Assembly: GCA_024679065.1 (NCBI GenBank)
Contig: JAGIQG010000009.1
Coordinates: forward strand, 107,260,001-107,324,000
Reading direction: 5' to 3'
From: Sphyrna mokarran
Lineage: Eukaryota
Length of the DNA stretch: 64,000 bases
Shown here: positions 12,271 to 25,470 of the stretch, in pieces
Numbering within the stretch: position 1 is the first letter of the stretch
How the letters are laid out: every line of letters starts with the position of its first letter
Notes under the pieces: generated by a model
Told to the model about the DNA's origin: nothing
The model's database searches: none
Seen by the model: only the letters and a program-made list of their open reading frames with translations
Made by a program: the position numbers and the translations under genes

Positions 12271-14872
12271 AGCTGCCTTTATACTGGGTGGGAAAATGTG
12301 TGGGCCACATTTGAAGGAACTCCGAGCAAAATGGGCAGTCTTTTGCGTATCAGTTAAAAATGACAAATAAACACACGACCATGACTATTAATTGTTGCCT
12401 TTCATTATATGTTCCACTTTTGCCATCATACCCCACAATTTTGAAGAAACAAAATTTGCTGGGTAGATCCATCCTTCCGGGAACTGAGCTAAAACAAAGT
12501 GTGTACACTTTGAGAAATACAACGCCCCACTATGTGGTGTAAACCCAGTTTAAAAAGAAAGAGATAGGGTATCAAATCAGGAGCCTCCTCCAGGAACTGT
12601 GCGACCATGATCACTGGAAGAGAGCAATTAATAGGGACAATAGTAGACAAACTTGGGGCAACTTGAAACTCTCTCCCTCCATAATACATCTAACCAGATC
12701 GGATTCCCCGCTGGGGTCACATCCTATTTTGTTATCCATTCGTGGAACATGGGGTCGCTGTCTGGCCAGCAGTTATTACCAAGCGTAGTTGCCCTTGGAG
12801 GGCAGCTGAGAGTCACTGCTATGGCTCTGACAAGATAAGGTCGACATTTCCTTCCTTAAATGATATTAGTGGAACAAATGTTTTTTTCCCCGACAATGGC
12901 CATCAGTAGATTCTTAATTCCAGATTTTTTAATATTAAGTTCAAATTCCACGATCTGCCCTGATTGGTTTCGAACCCGAGTCCCCAGAATATTAACTGAA
13001 TTTCCTGATTAATAGTCTTGCCATAATATCACGAGGCCATCAGCATTCCCCGCTCTATTTTACACATCCATTAAATGATTGATCGGAGGGGAGAGTGATC
13101 CAGTGAAACTCCCGCTCGGCTGGTGAGCTAAACGTTGCTCCTGCCTTTCATTCTGAAATTAGGATACTCAATTCTCCTGCTTTGTTTTTATTTGTTGTTG
13201 GTGACCGATTTGCGTAGCGGATGGATAGTCGTGGGCGTAACATCCCAAGCACTGCTGGCAGAGAGAACTTGGGGATCACTGCTGTTAGACTGGACATTAG
13301 TGAGGCAGGGACAGCAATGTTTACTTTTGTCAATAAAAGAGAGCGTGGACAAATGTGTGTGTGTGTTGGGGAGGGGGGGTGAAGGTGGTGGGGACAAGTT
13401 GGCGGGATTTGGAGAGAAAGTTTTTTTAAAAAAAATCATTCACGGGCGTCACTTGGTGGCCAGCATTTATTGCCCATCTCTCATGGTTTGAGGGCAGTTG
13501 AGAGTCAACCACATTACTGTGGCTCTGGAGTCACATATAGTCCAGTTCAGGACGACGGTTCCTTCCCTAAAGTGCACCAGTTGGGTTTCTCGACAATGGT
13601 CGTTAGTAGATTCTTCCAGATATTTTTATTGCCGTGGCGAAATTCGAACCTGGGTCTCCAGAACATTAGCTGAGTTTCTGGATCAATAGTCTACTGATCT
13701 TACTAGACCATCTCCTCTCCCCATTTTATCCTCTCCCCCCATTGAAGTGATTGTCGGCGAGGGGGAAGAGGTGGGTTAGGATAGAGTGTAAACCAACGAT
13801 CAGCTGGTGACCTTAACGCTGCTCCTGCAACTCATCCTAAAAATAGGATATCCAATTTTTCTGTATATTTTTCCCTACTTGGTGCTGGCGACTGGCGGTC
13901 GTAAGGATAGGTGTGCGCAAAACTCCCCAAACGCTTCTGGCGGAGATATCTTGGGGATCACTGGTGTAACACTGGACATTAGTGAGGCAGTGCTCAATAA
14001 GGACATTAGTGAGGCAGTGCGTCAATAAGAGTGAGTGGTCGACCGTGAGATGATTAGGTGGGTGGGTAGGAGGGGGTGGGGATTCTAAGAGAAAGGCCGA
14101 TAGAGTAGGCGAGAAAGGAGAGAAAGAGACCGAGTGAGGGTGAAAGTAAAGTCGAATAGGTGAAGGAAATGAAAAAAAAATCTTCAGGAAGGACGAGGGG
14201 GAGAGAAATTTGGAGGAATGCGTGAGCCTGAGAGAATTAAACAACCAAATACGACCAACAACTCATTTCTGTCCCTCACCACAACGCTTTGTTCCTCCAA
14301 ACCCCTGGGCTTGCAAGGTAATTGCAATGAATTGTTTATTCAGTTTGACCAATAGTGTGGGTTGTTTATGCAGTTTGATGAATAGTATTAGCTGTGCTCA
14401 CCAATGACCTGTTTGTGGGTGGCGGCGGTGCAGCTAAGCGTGACTTTGCAACCAACTGACTGCTATTACACTGAAGGCAATGCGGAATTAACGGGGGGAG
14501 GGCGCAGAGAGTGAGTCTGAAATGATAGATACGTCTTTACAGTAGAGAATGCAAATCCTTGATCTCCCCGAGCAGAAAGTGCTGTTAGTCGGCTCATATT
14601 TCCCTAGTTTCCGATTGCCGGCTTTGCTAGTATTACTTCATTTACAAACAGTGTGAACACCCGCACAGAGTGCGTAACTATGGGCGGAGGAGGTCAATAA
14701 TAATCGTGCTTTTAAGTACTCCCTATTTTTATTTGTCTGATATTGACTGTACAACCACCATAGCTACACAGCTTTACCATCTACTAATTTCAAAGCTCGG
14801 CTCCAAAGCTTTGTGACCACAAATCCTGGATACCTCTTTAACTGCTTTGTAATGTCAAAATCGGGGACTCCT

Positions 14873-15232
14873 GGGTGGCACCGTGACTCAGTGGTTAGCG
14901 CTGCTCCCTCACAGCGGTAGGAAGCCGAGTTCCTTGGGTGACTGTGCGGATTCTACACGTTCTCCCCTGTATAGATTTCCTTCCACAGTCCCATGTGAAC
15001 TTTAGATGGATTAGCCGTGTTAAATTGCCCCCTGGTGTTTATAGACGTGGAGGTTAGGTTAATTGACTGTGGTAAATTGCCTTTTAGTGTTCGAACAGCT
15101 GGATTAGTCACGCTTAAATGCAGGTGGGGTGACGGGGGCGAGCAGAAGGCCTGGCTGCTACGCGCTTTCAGAGAGTAGGTGCAGATTCGATGGGCCAAAT
15201 GGCCTTTTCTGCACGATAACTATTCTATTCTA
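14873..15232 (+). mobile_element. HE1-type SINE
   Basis: gggtggcaccgtgactcagtggttagcgctgctccctcacagc head with A/B-box-like sequence. Confidence 0.75.
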
Positions 15233-16436
15233 TATACTCGGGATCATGTTGACAATTTTGCTAAGCAGATCGAGCAAAGTTAACTGAATAGAAATAGAAA
15301 GTTCTGGAAACTCTCAACATGCGCTGCAAAACGTGTATGAGAGAGAGAGCGTTCGGAACTACGGAGAAATCGGAGTCGTTCAGCCCTTCGAATATGTTCC
15401 ATCATTCAATTCTATCAAGGGTGTTCTGCGCCTTGACTCCATTTAGCCAGCTGACTCCCATATCTTTCAATCGTTGGATCATAGAATTGGGCAGCGTAGG
15501 AGGAAATCCCAGAGAAGTTCAGGGGGCTGAAATTTACGAGAGGTGGGAGGGGTGGGGTGGGGAGTCTGAACCCTAAAATGAGGCTGAAGAACAGCTCCCA
15601 AATTGGCCCTTGTCGGCACTGGCGCCACAGTTTTACCAGTGACGTCCCCCGCCCCCCTCATTGGCTGCCTGACGTCCAATGAAGAATGATGAACAGGCTG
15701 CCAACCCAATCAGAGGGCCAGCAAGCACTGACATCATCCCCGCGTCATCGGATTACGTTGATGAATGCCAGAGAACTGGAGCCACAGCAATTAATTGAAA
15801 ACTAAAGAATAAGAAAAGTTTAAGGTGAGAGGAGAAAGATTTAAAACAGACCTGAGGAGCAATTTCTTCACGCCTAGGGAGGTACATATGTGGAATGAAC
15901 TGCCAGAGGAAGTGTTTCAGGCAGGTACAATGGCAAAGTGTAAGAAGTATTTGCATAAGTACATGAGAAAGGATTAGGGAGAAGTGGGGCAAACAGGAGA
16001 AACTGGGGTAACTGGGAGGGCACCTTGATTGGCATGAGCTGGTCGAGCCTGTCTCCACGCTCTATGATTCTAAAATATCCTTTATTCAATAACAGAGGGG
16101 AAACTCCTCATGGCGAATTTTTGGGATTCTCTTTTATCTCTAACTTCTTACTTCTCTCCGGAGGTGGGAGAGGCTGACTCCTTTTAACTTCCTTCGAATA
16201 GGTAATTTGACCTGTGAACATTATTTTACCCCTTTCCAGTACTGCTTGCAACCTTATTGGAATATGATCGTCATTACTTAGTTGCCCACATCCAACATCA
16301 TTTCATTGAACTAGATTCAACACCACTCATTCTTGGTTGGGGTGGGAAAATTACTAATGGAAGAGGTTTTCCTGTACCAATTTAAATGTTTTTTCATCCT
16401 TCTTCCCTCAGCTATTAGATAGTGTATCGAAGATCG

Positions 16437-16762
16437 GGGCACGGTGACACAGTGGTTAGACCTGCTGCCTCACAGCTGCAGGGACGTGGGTTCGATGCTC
16501 GTCTTGGGTCACTGTCTGTGTGGCGTTTGCACGTTCTTCTCGTGCCTGCATGAGTACTCTGGTTTCCTCCCATAGTCCAATGATATGCAGGTTAGGTGCA
16601 CTGGTCATGCAAAATTACTCGTTTGTGTCCCGGCATGCGTAGGTAAGAGGGATATAGCGGGGTAAATATGTAGGATTACAAGGAAACAGCCTCGGTGGGA
16701 TTGTTGTCAGTGCTGAGTTGATGGGCTGAATGGCCTCCTTCTGCGTTTCTATGGTTTCTATT
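16437..16762 (+). mobile_element. HE1-type SINE
   Basis: Full head, body and tttctatg tail. Confidence 0.8.
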
Positions 16763-18579
16763 GTGAACCAACAATTCTGAGGCTTGAACTACGGCCAATG
16801 CAACAGCTGATCAAATATCATCAAAGTATCTGGGGAATCTGAATTCAGTTAATTAAGTTAATAAAAAAGAATAAAAACAATGATGACAATGGAAGATCGG
16901 GATTGACATGGAAATCCATTTGGTTTATTAAGATGCATAATGGTAAAAATCTTCCCAGCCTTGCCCTGTATGATCTATCATGTGACTTCTAGCCTACATT
17001 AATGTAGTGGATGTTGACTCATAATTCCCCATTGAAATGGTGCAGCATCAAAGCTCCACAAGGAACATTTGGACTGGCCATCTCACATCAGCCCAGGCAC
17101 TGCTCATGTCAAAGGCACAGCCGGCTTAGCCGGCAATGTTAGTCAGTTACATCTGGAGCATGGTGTTGAAATTGTGAGAGATCAGTTCCACAGCAAAGAC
17201 AAGCAACAGTCCGTCATAGCTATACTCACAGATTCAAAAATCTACCCAAGCTCCCAGGTTGCTCTGTCACCACCTCTGGCAGAATTCTGTCCCACAAGTA
17301 GGAAAAGTGGACAAGAAGTATGAATCTGTGGAACAAATATAGACAGGGAAGATGGGACTATATGAGGTCTGAAATCAATGTTGAATGCAGATGTAGACAG
17401 AGAGGATATATGCTTTGGAGCTCCCAATATTGTCTTTGGACCCCATGTAATCCGATGGTTTCAGCTCAAATATGAGGAAGAAAACTCCTCTGTTTATTGT
17501 GCTCCCTTAGCCAATAGTCAGTACCCTTCCATGTTGAACATCACTTGGTAGATGTGACGAGGGTTGCAAGGGAAGAGAATTACTCCAGGCGACGTCTTCA
17601 ACATTACAACACTACTCCTTACTGAGTTGGCTGAGCCCTGAAGAACATATCTGCTAATGATTGGTGGTGAGAGACCCAAGCTGAGGTAAAAAAAAACTTA
17701 ATGGCTGCTAGTAACACCATTCTGAGCCACAATCATCACCATTTACATTCTCTTTGTTTTTTTTTGTCTATGTTATGTTAGTTAATCCCATTCCCTCTTC
17801 ACCCTAACACTATAAATATTCTATTTTCTATTGGCTTCAGCTCTGACAAAGGACCATGCAACCATGTCTCTCTTTTCTCTCCACAGATGCTGCCAGACCT
17901 GTGAAATTTTCCAGCATTTTGTGTGTTTGTTTCAGATTCCAGCATCTGTAGTAACTTAAGTTCATTAAAATGAAACTATTTAACCAGGTGCAACCTTTTG
18001 CAAATCTATCTATTCTTAACAGAAAAGCCCACCACAAAGCCCTTGAGGATATAAAGTCCTGGCTGGGAAATGAAACAGGTGATGTTGCATGGCACCGCCA
18101 ACCAATGTGCTAAACCGGACTGGTATGGGATAGATCTAAACGTACAGTTTGGCAACCATGAGTTACCAAGGCAATCAGCAGCTGTATTTCGGCACTTTCT
18201 TACACTCTAACGTAACCACAAAGCAACCAAACTTGGCCACTAAGGAGTGTAGGAAAGCATGACAGGGACTGTCCCAGGCAAAAGTGGAAATGAATTGTCG
18301 CTGCAGTTACAGTGCAGGAATGCAAACTGGTTATAATCAAAGCTAAGCAACCAGTTAATCAGATCTAATAAAATTGCCGTCCAGTCTTATCCAGTCATGA
18401 ATGGGATTTTGATCTATTCAACATCAAATGGGAGTTGCAGGGTCCATTGATGACCCCATCCTGAATGATGGCATGGATAAGCACAAAAGTGGTGCAGAGA
18501 AGGCTGAGCTATTTTTAACTATTTTCAACCCGAAGTGAATAATGGATTGTTCATTTAAGTCTATTCTGGCGATATCCTA

Positions 18580-19400
18580 TGATATCACAGTAGATGACAT
18601 GAGCACAATCTTAATTGTAATAGAAAATGCACTGGTTGTAGAAAGGGAGGAATTGAGAACCATCATCGTCAGTAGGGAAAAGGTACTGAGCAAAATATTG
18701 GGATTGAAGGCAGGCAAGTTCCCAGTGCTTGATGGCCTAGATCCTATAGTCTTAAGACAAATGGTGTTCGAGATAGTAGATCTATTGGTTACATTATTCC
18801 AAAATTCTCTGGCTGCAGGAATGGTCCTCGTAGATTGAAAAGATGCTAATATTCAAAAAGGGTGAAAAAAGGAAAGGACAGGCCAATTAGTTTAACATCC
18901 ATCGTTGTGAAATTGTTAGAATCTATTAGCAAAGAAGTATTAACAGAAAATCAAAATGCAGTTCATCAGAGCCAGCGTGGTTTTATGAAGGGTAAGTCAT
19001 GTTTGACTAATTTGCTTGAGTTATTCGAAGTTGCAACAAGCAAGGTGGATAATGGTGATTTTGTAGATCTGGACTTCCAGAAGACACTTGAGATGATGCC
19101 ACACAAAAGCTAAATGCACATGGATAATTCAATGGGGTTAGGAGTAATTTATAAGCTTGGATAGAAAATTGGCTAACCAGCAGAAAACAGAGAGTCAAGG
19201 TAAATGGATTTTTTTTTGTTTGGAAATATGCAACTAGTGGGGTGCCACAGGGTTTGTTCCTCGGGCCCCGTTCACGTACAATCTATTGTATTAATCACCT
19301 TGAAGTGGGTACCATAGCCAATCTGCAGATGGCACTAAAGTAGGTAGGATAGCAGGTTGCTATAATGAAACAAGAAATGTGCAAATGGATATGGATAGAT
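18580..19400 (+). mobile_element. CR1 LINE RT fragment
   Basis: RPISLTSIVVKLLESI, QRGFMKGKSCLTNLLE, DFQK motifs with stops and frameshifts. Confidence 0.85.
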
Positions 19401-19866
19401 TGCCCTTCAGAAAGTCATGGTGAACTGCTTTCTTGAAACGATGAATGTTTCCAAGGCTCAGCATACATCCACTGTCCATCAATGGCAACCCCCGTTTCAA
19501 GATATCTGAAGCTGGTATTTTTGCTGACTGCACAATATTCATTGTATCATGGAATCGCTACAATGCAGAAGAGACCATTTGGCCCAGCAAGTCTGCACCA
19601 ACTCTCCAACAAGCTCTCTCCTCCGTCCTAAACCCACAACCTACATGTAATCCACTTAATCTGCTCATCTTCGAACAATGATGGGCAATTTAGCATGGCC
19701 AATTCACCTAAAGTGCATATCTTTGGAGTGTGGGAGGAAACGGGAGCACCCAAAGGAAACCCATGCAGGCACGGGGAGAATGTGCAAACTCCAAGGCCAG
19801 AATCGAAAACAGATTTCTGATGCTATGAGGGAACAGTGTTAACCACCGTGCCTCCCCACTTTCATG

Positions 19867-21366
19867 GAACATAGAACATAGAACACTACAGCACAAACAG
19901 GCCCTTCAGCTCACAAGTTGCGCTGATCATATCCATACCTAGAAGGCCTATCTATAACCTCCAATCCCATTAAATCCCATGTACTCATCCAGAAGTCTCT
20001 TAAAAGACACCAACGAGTTCGCTTCCACCACCACCGACGGAAGCCGATTCCACTTGCCTACCACCCTCTGAGTGAAAAACTTGCCCCTGACATCCCCTCT
20101 GTACCTACTCCCCAGCAGCTGTGTCCTCTCGAAGCGACCATTTCAGCCCTAGGAAATAACCTCTGAGAATCCACCCGATCTATACCTCTCAACAACTTAT
20201 AAACCTCTAACAGGTTACCTCTCAGCCTTCCTCTCTTCAGGGAGAAAAGACCGAGCTCCCTCAACCTATCCTCGTAAGGCATGCCACCCAATCCAGGCAA
20301 CATCCTTGCAAATCTCCTCTGCACCCTTTCAATAGCTTCCCCATCCTTTGTAATGAGGCGACCAGAACTGCGCACAGTAGGGACTAACAAGAGTCTTATA
20401 AAGCTGCAGCATTACCTCCCAACTCCTAAACTCAATTCCTTGATTAATGAAGGCTAGTACACCATACGTCTTCTTGACCACATTCTCCACCTGAGAGGCC
20501 GATTTAAGAGTCCTATGGACACGGACCCCAAAGTCCTTCTGATCCTGTGCACTGCTAAGAGTCCTACCCTTGATATTATACTCCTTCATCAATTGGACCT
20601 GCCAAAATGGACCACTACATATTTATCCGTGTTGAAGTCTATCTGTCTCTTCTCCGCCCAGTATTGCATCCTATCTATGTCTCGCTGCAACGTCTAACAT
20701 CCCTCCAGACTATCCACAACACCACCAACCTCCGTATCATCGGCCAACTTATTAACCCATCCCTCCACTTCCTCATCCTGGTCCTTTATGAAAATGACAA
20801 ACAGCAACGGTCCTAGAACAGATCCCTGGGGCACCCTACTGGTGACCAACCTTCATGCAGAAAAAGACCGACCCACAACCACTTTCTGTCTTCTGCAGGC
20901 AAGCCAGTTCTGGATCCACAAGGCAGCAGCCTCTTGAATCCCATGCCCTCTCACTTTCTCAAGAAGTTTTGCATGGGGGACCTTATCGAACGCCTTGCTG
21001 AGTCCGTATAAACCACATCCACCGCTCTTCCTTCGTCAATGTGTTCAGTCATATTTTCAAGGAACTCAATTAGGCTCGTAAGGCACGACCTGCCCTTGAC
21101 AAAGCCGTGCTGATTACTTTTGATCATACTAAACTTCTGTAAATGTTCATAAATCCTGTCTCTCGGGATCCTGCCCATCAACTTACCAACCACTGAGGTC
21201 AGACTCACCAGTCGGTAATTTCCTGGGCTATCCCTGTTCCCTTTCTTGAAAATAGGAAGCACATCCGCAATCCTCCAATTCTCCGGAACCTCTCCCGTCT
21301 CCACCTACGACGCAAAGATCATCGCCAGAGGCTCTGCAATCTCTTCCCTCGCCTCCCACAGTAACC
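19867..21366 (-). mobile_element. 5'-truncated CR1 LINE (RT and 3' end)
   Basis: ORFs 20951-21304, 20329-20592 and 20058-20390 give GEVPENWRIADVLPIFKKG...QHGFVKGRSCLTSL...CAQFWSPH...ERVQRRFARM, with a (ttctatg)n tail. Confidence 0.92.
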
Positions 21367-21852
21367 TTTTTTAAACTCCTAAACTAATAATGTTGTCAGT
21401 ACAGCAAAAACAAGGATGATACTCAGGCTTGGGTTGATACATGGCAAGTATCGTTCATACCAGATGCCAGGTGCTACTCCAACAAGAGCCTGACCAGCTC
21501 CACTTCATAGTCAGTGGCATTGCTTTCATCATGTCCTTTACTATTAACCTGCTGGTGGAACTGTTATTGAAAATACATTCACTGGGCTGTCCATATCAGT
21601 GCAATGGCTAGAGGGTAGATTAGTTGCTGGGAATTCTGCAGAGAGTAAATCCACAAAGTCTTCCCTCTATCTACAGGTTATAAAGTGTGATCCTGTTCTT
21701 ACATGAAGAAACGTGACTCAAGGAAAAGCAGCGCCCTTTATCGACCATCCACCACCTTAACCATTCATGCCCCTCACCACCAGCGTATAGAGAGAGTGCA
21801 TTGTGCACTATCTGTAAACTGCACTACAGGAACTCGCCGGGGCAATCTCAGC

Positions 21853-22125
21853 AGGCACTGTGGCACAATGCTGCCTCACAGCGCCAGAAACCCAGGTTCG
21901 ATTCCCGGCTTGAGTCAACCTTTGTATTGAGTTTGTGCATTCTCCTTGTGTTTGTCTGGGTTTCCTCCGATTTCCTCCCAGACTCCAAAGATGGGCGGAT
22001 TAGATGGTTGGCCATGCTAAATTGCTCCTTAGTGTCAGGGGACTATGCATGGGGTTAGTTGGATCGGGACTGGATGCAAACTCGATGGGGAGAATGGCCT
22101 ACTTCTGCATTGTAGGATTCTATGA
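21853..22125 (+). mobile_element. HE1-type SINE
   Basis: Head and tail as in other copies, with internal deletions. Confidence 0.75.
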
Positions 22126-22638
22126 GTAGCATCTGCCAAACCTACGACCGCTAGCAGTTAGCAGATGAAGGAAACAGACACATAGGAACACGATTTCTAA
22201 CAAGTTTCCTCCGAGTCCATACCCTGATTTGGAATTAATTGCTATTCCTTTATTATCATCGGGTCAAGTGATCCGATTCTCTTAATCTTCAACACATTGA
22301 CTACGAACTTGAAAAAAACAACTGGCTATCATCCTCCAAAGGGCAATTAGGGATCAGTAATACTCAAAGCCCTTGAAAAAAATTTTTAAAAATCAAGTCC
22401 CTGTAATAGTTTCCTTTCTTTTTACAAATTTCTGAATTTTGATTACAAATTTTCTTTTGAAATGTTAATCGACATCCCGAGTAAAATTATCAGGTTCAAG
22501 TAAAGTCTGGTGCTCGCCAGAAGTGCCTCGTTTCCCTTTAACTTTATCCCGTTTCCAGCAGACTACATGTGGATGCAACCAATCGCTCTGTTTTGGACTT
22601 TTTATTCTACCTTGTCGTTTTCGTCCGCGCTGCAACTG

Positions 22639-22652
22639 GCGCCATCTAGTGG
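22639..22652 (-). promoter_or_regulatory. CTCF core motif
   Basis: Minus strand CCACTAGATGGCGC matches the CTCF core CCASYAGRKGGCRS. It sits in a CpG-retaining, non-repeat patch. Confidence 0.65.
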
Positions 22653-22709
22653 CGGTCGAAAGAAGTTTCAATGGTACAGTGTGCTCCTTCCATGTCGGTA
22701 TGTAAAGCC

Positions 22710-22982
22710 AGTAAGAAGTCTCAGAACACCGGGTTAAAGTCCAACAGGTTTATTTGTATTAAAAGCCACTAGCTTTCAGAGCGCTGCCCCTTCGTCAGGT
22801 GAGTGGGAATTCTATTCACAAACTATTCCATTTTTGAATAGAACTCCCACTCACCTGACGAAGGGACAATGCTCCGAAAGCTAGTGACTTTTGCTACCAA
22901 ATAAACTTGTTGGTTTTTAACCTGGTGTTGTGAGACTTCTTACTATATTTACCCCAGTCCAACGCCGGCATCTCCACATCAT
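22710..22982. mobile_element. Short fold-back element (Penelope-terminus-like inverted repeat)
   Basis: 22710-22818 is an inverted copy of about 22835-22944. Related copies occur at 26272-26475 and as a single arm at about 58560-58660. Confidence 0.7.
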
Positions 22983-24199
22983 GGTAAGTAAAGCGTCAAC
23001 CAGAAGCTAATTTTATGGGATACTCACAGCAAGGATAGCAATAGCTACTTGTTTTCACAGATAGGCTAAATCCCGTACCCTGGTAAATTTGAAAGGGATC
23101 TTTCTCCCATTATTGCTAGCTAAATGATTAATCTAATTTTCTATTGACTTAAAGTCCAGCTCAATGCATTAAAATCGATGCAATAGATTTACTGCAATAA
23201 ACGAAGCGAAACATAAAGTAATGCGATGGCTAAAGGTTTAAGTTGACATGGTTTGCCTTTTTTTGTGTCACAAAACAAGGGAGGCGGGAGCTGGGGTGGG
23301 GCAGGCTGGTGAGGGGTGGGTAGAAGTTCCTGTAAGTACATAGATGGTATCACACCGCTTTTAAATTTAGAAATGTTTTTAATTGCAGGTCCCTCTTTTC
23401 TGGTGCATAATTGCCAACTTATTTTGAGAACTTAAAACTCTCTGTAGTCATGAATGGTCTTACTTTGGGACGTTAATTATGACGGAGAGTTTCATTTAAG
23501 AGAAAAATTGTGACTAATCAATTGGAACAATGCTGCATTTCAAACACTTATTCCAATAGCGAATGTAGAGGGATGATGGATAGATAATTATTCCCAGAAC
23601 ATCCTTTTATAAAATTAATAGAAATAAGAAATTCGCGCGAAATAATTAAGAAAAAACTCATCACCCAATGAGGATAGGTTGCTCAACCCATGGCATTGAG
23701 TTGAAAGTATCTCATTAACTAGCAAGCAAGCTAGCTGAACTATATAGAAGCTACCTCTACAAAGTCTTCCTAGCTGTTAAGTCAGCTAATAGACGGGGTC
23801 TGAGTAAGGGTGAAATCGAAGTCACTGTTACAGGGCATGCGCGTGAATACACGTGAGAGGCGATTACTGTCACTGGATTGTCAATGCAGAAACCCAAGTA
23901 ATGCTCTGGGGACCTCACAAGGGCGGACGATGCAATTTCAATAAAAAGTAAAGAAATATCTGTAAATAAAAGTCTAATGATGATCATTGTTGTTTGACAT
24001 AAAAACCCACTTGGCGCCCTTCTAGTCGGGCGTACATTCGATCCAGATTCACAGCAACGTGATTGACTCTGGAATGCCGTCTGAAATGGCCCAATGGTAC
24101 ACACATTGCGATGATAATTATGAATGGGCAATAAATGTTTATCCATTAAATGATGCCCACAATCCATGAATGAATAAAAAATTAAGATGGGTGAATACG

Positions 24200-25470
24200 G
24201 GAACCTGGAATTACGAGGTTGTGGTTTTAAAAGGGACCTGGTTCAAGCAGGACAATTTTGGGTGCTGAATGTTCGTGAATGTATTTTATGAACCACCAGC
24301 AAGTTGGAAAAATATAGAGGGATAAATCAGCAAGGGTGTGGTGCAAAAATTATAGAATAGGTGCAATTAATTATCTGAACGCCGATTTGGATAGCGGTAG
24401 TGCAAAGGATAGAGAGAGGTAAGAGAACATAGAATTCCCGATAGCAGTATGCGTTCATTCTAACGAGAAAGGAGACATTGCTGGACCAGATTATTGGGAG
24501 TAAGGTGGGCCTTGTAGGTCAGGTATCATTGGGAGGATATTTAGGAGCAATGATAATTGCATAATGAGGTTTAGAAAAGGTTTGGAAAATAACAATAATC
24601 AATCCAGAATAAGAATAATTAACTGGGTGAAGGCCAACTTGAATGGGATAAGAATGAATCTGGACCAAATAAAGTGAAGCCAATGGTTGGTAGGAAAAGT
24701 TACTTTCATAGAAAAGATGCTTCTGGCACGATCAAGGCACGTTCCCTCAAAAGGAAAATGTGGAATAAACAAATATAGAATCATAGAACTTTGGGGCCAC
24801 ATGGGGCCATCCTGAGCGCCAGGTGAAAAACGGGCCATCCAGCCTGATCCCACTCTCCAGCATTCGGCCCATAGCTCAGAAGCTAACCGCGCTTGGGATG
24901 AATATTCAGTCACGCTTTAAATTTGATGAAGATTTTTTCCTCTACTATCCTTTCAGGCAGTGAGTTAAAGCCACCTATTATCCCCAGGTTGAAGAATTGT
25001 TCCTCAACGCCTCTCTAGCCTCTCAATCAGCCACTTTTATGCCTCGTGCTTGCTGATCTACCTGCTAAGATCAGGCGTCTCCCAACCACTCTTTCCGAGC
25101 CCCTCACCACTTTCTACATCCAAATCAAGTCTCCCCACCCTCCTCTATTCCAGTGCGAACAATTCCAGTATAGCTAATCTTTCCTCACAATTGCAATCTT
25201 CCAGCCCTGACAACATCTACAGAAACCTTTTCTGTAAACCCTTCAATGCTAACAAAGGAAATGATTTCCCTTGCCTTAATAACAACCTTATTGGCCTTTC
25301 TTGTTACCTTCAGAAATCTGCAACATTCATTCACTTCCTTAATATTCGCCAATTTATTGTGCAGTTCTTTGCTTTGCTTGATTTGCTCAGGTAAATCACC
25401 TCATTCTTCTCCAGGTAGAATATTCCATTTGCCACTTTTGTTCCCAATTACCTGTCCAATAATATCTTCA
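24200..25470. mobile_element. Decayed CR1 fragments (sense endonuclease-side piece, then antisense 3' piece)
   Basis: Degenerate similarity to the better preserved CR1 copies in this window. Confidence 0.55.

Larger units (their letters stand above)
16790..22370 (+). mobile_element. Old L2-type LINE relic fragmented by younger insertions
   Basis: L2-like pieces at about 18040-18580, 19400-19545 (IFADCTIF), 21390-21845 and 22130-22370 continue collinearly across the inserted CR1 and SINE copies. Confidence 0.5.

Noticed and set aside
19867-21366. Functional reverse transcriptase gene
   Set aside because: All LINE and Gypsy ORFs in the window are truncated and contain stops or frameshifts.
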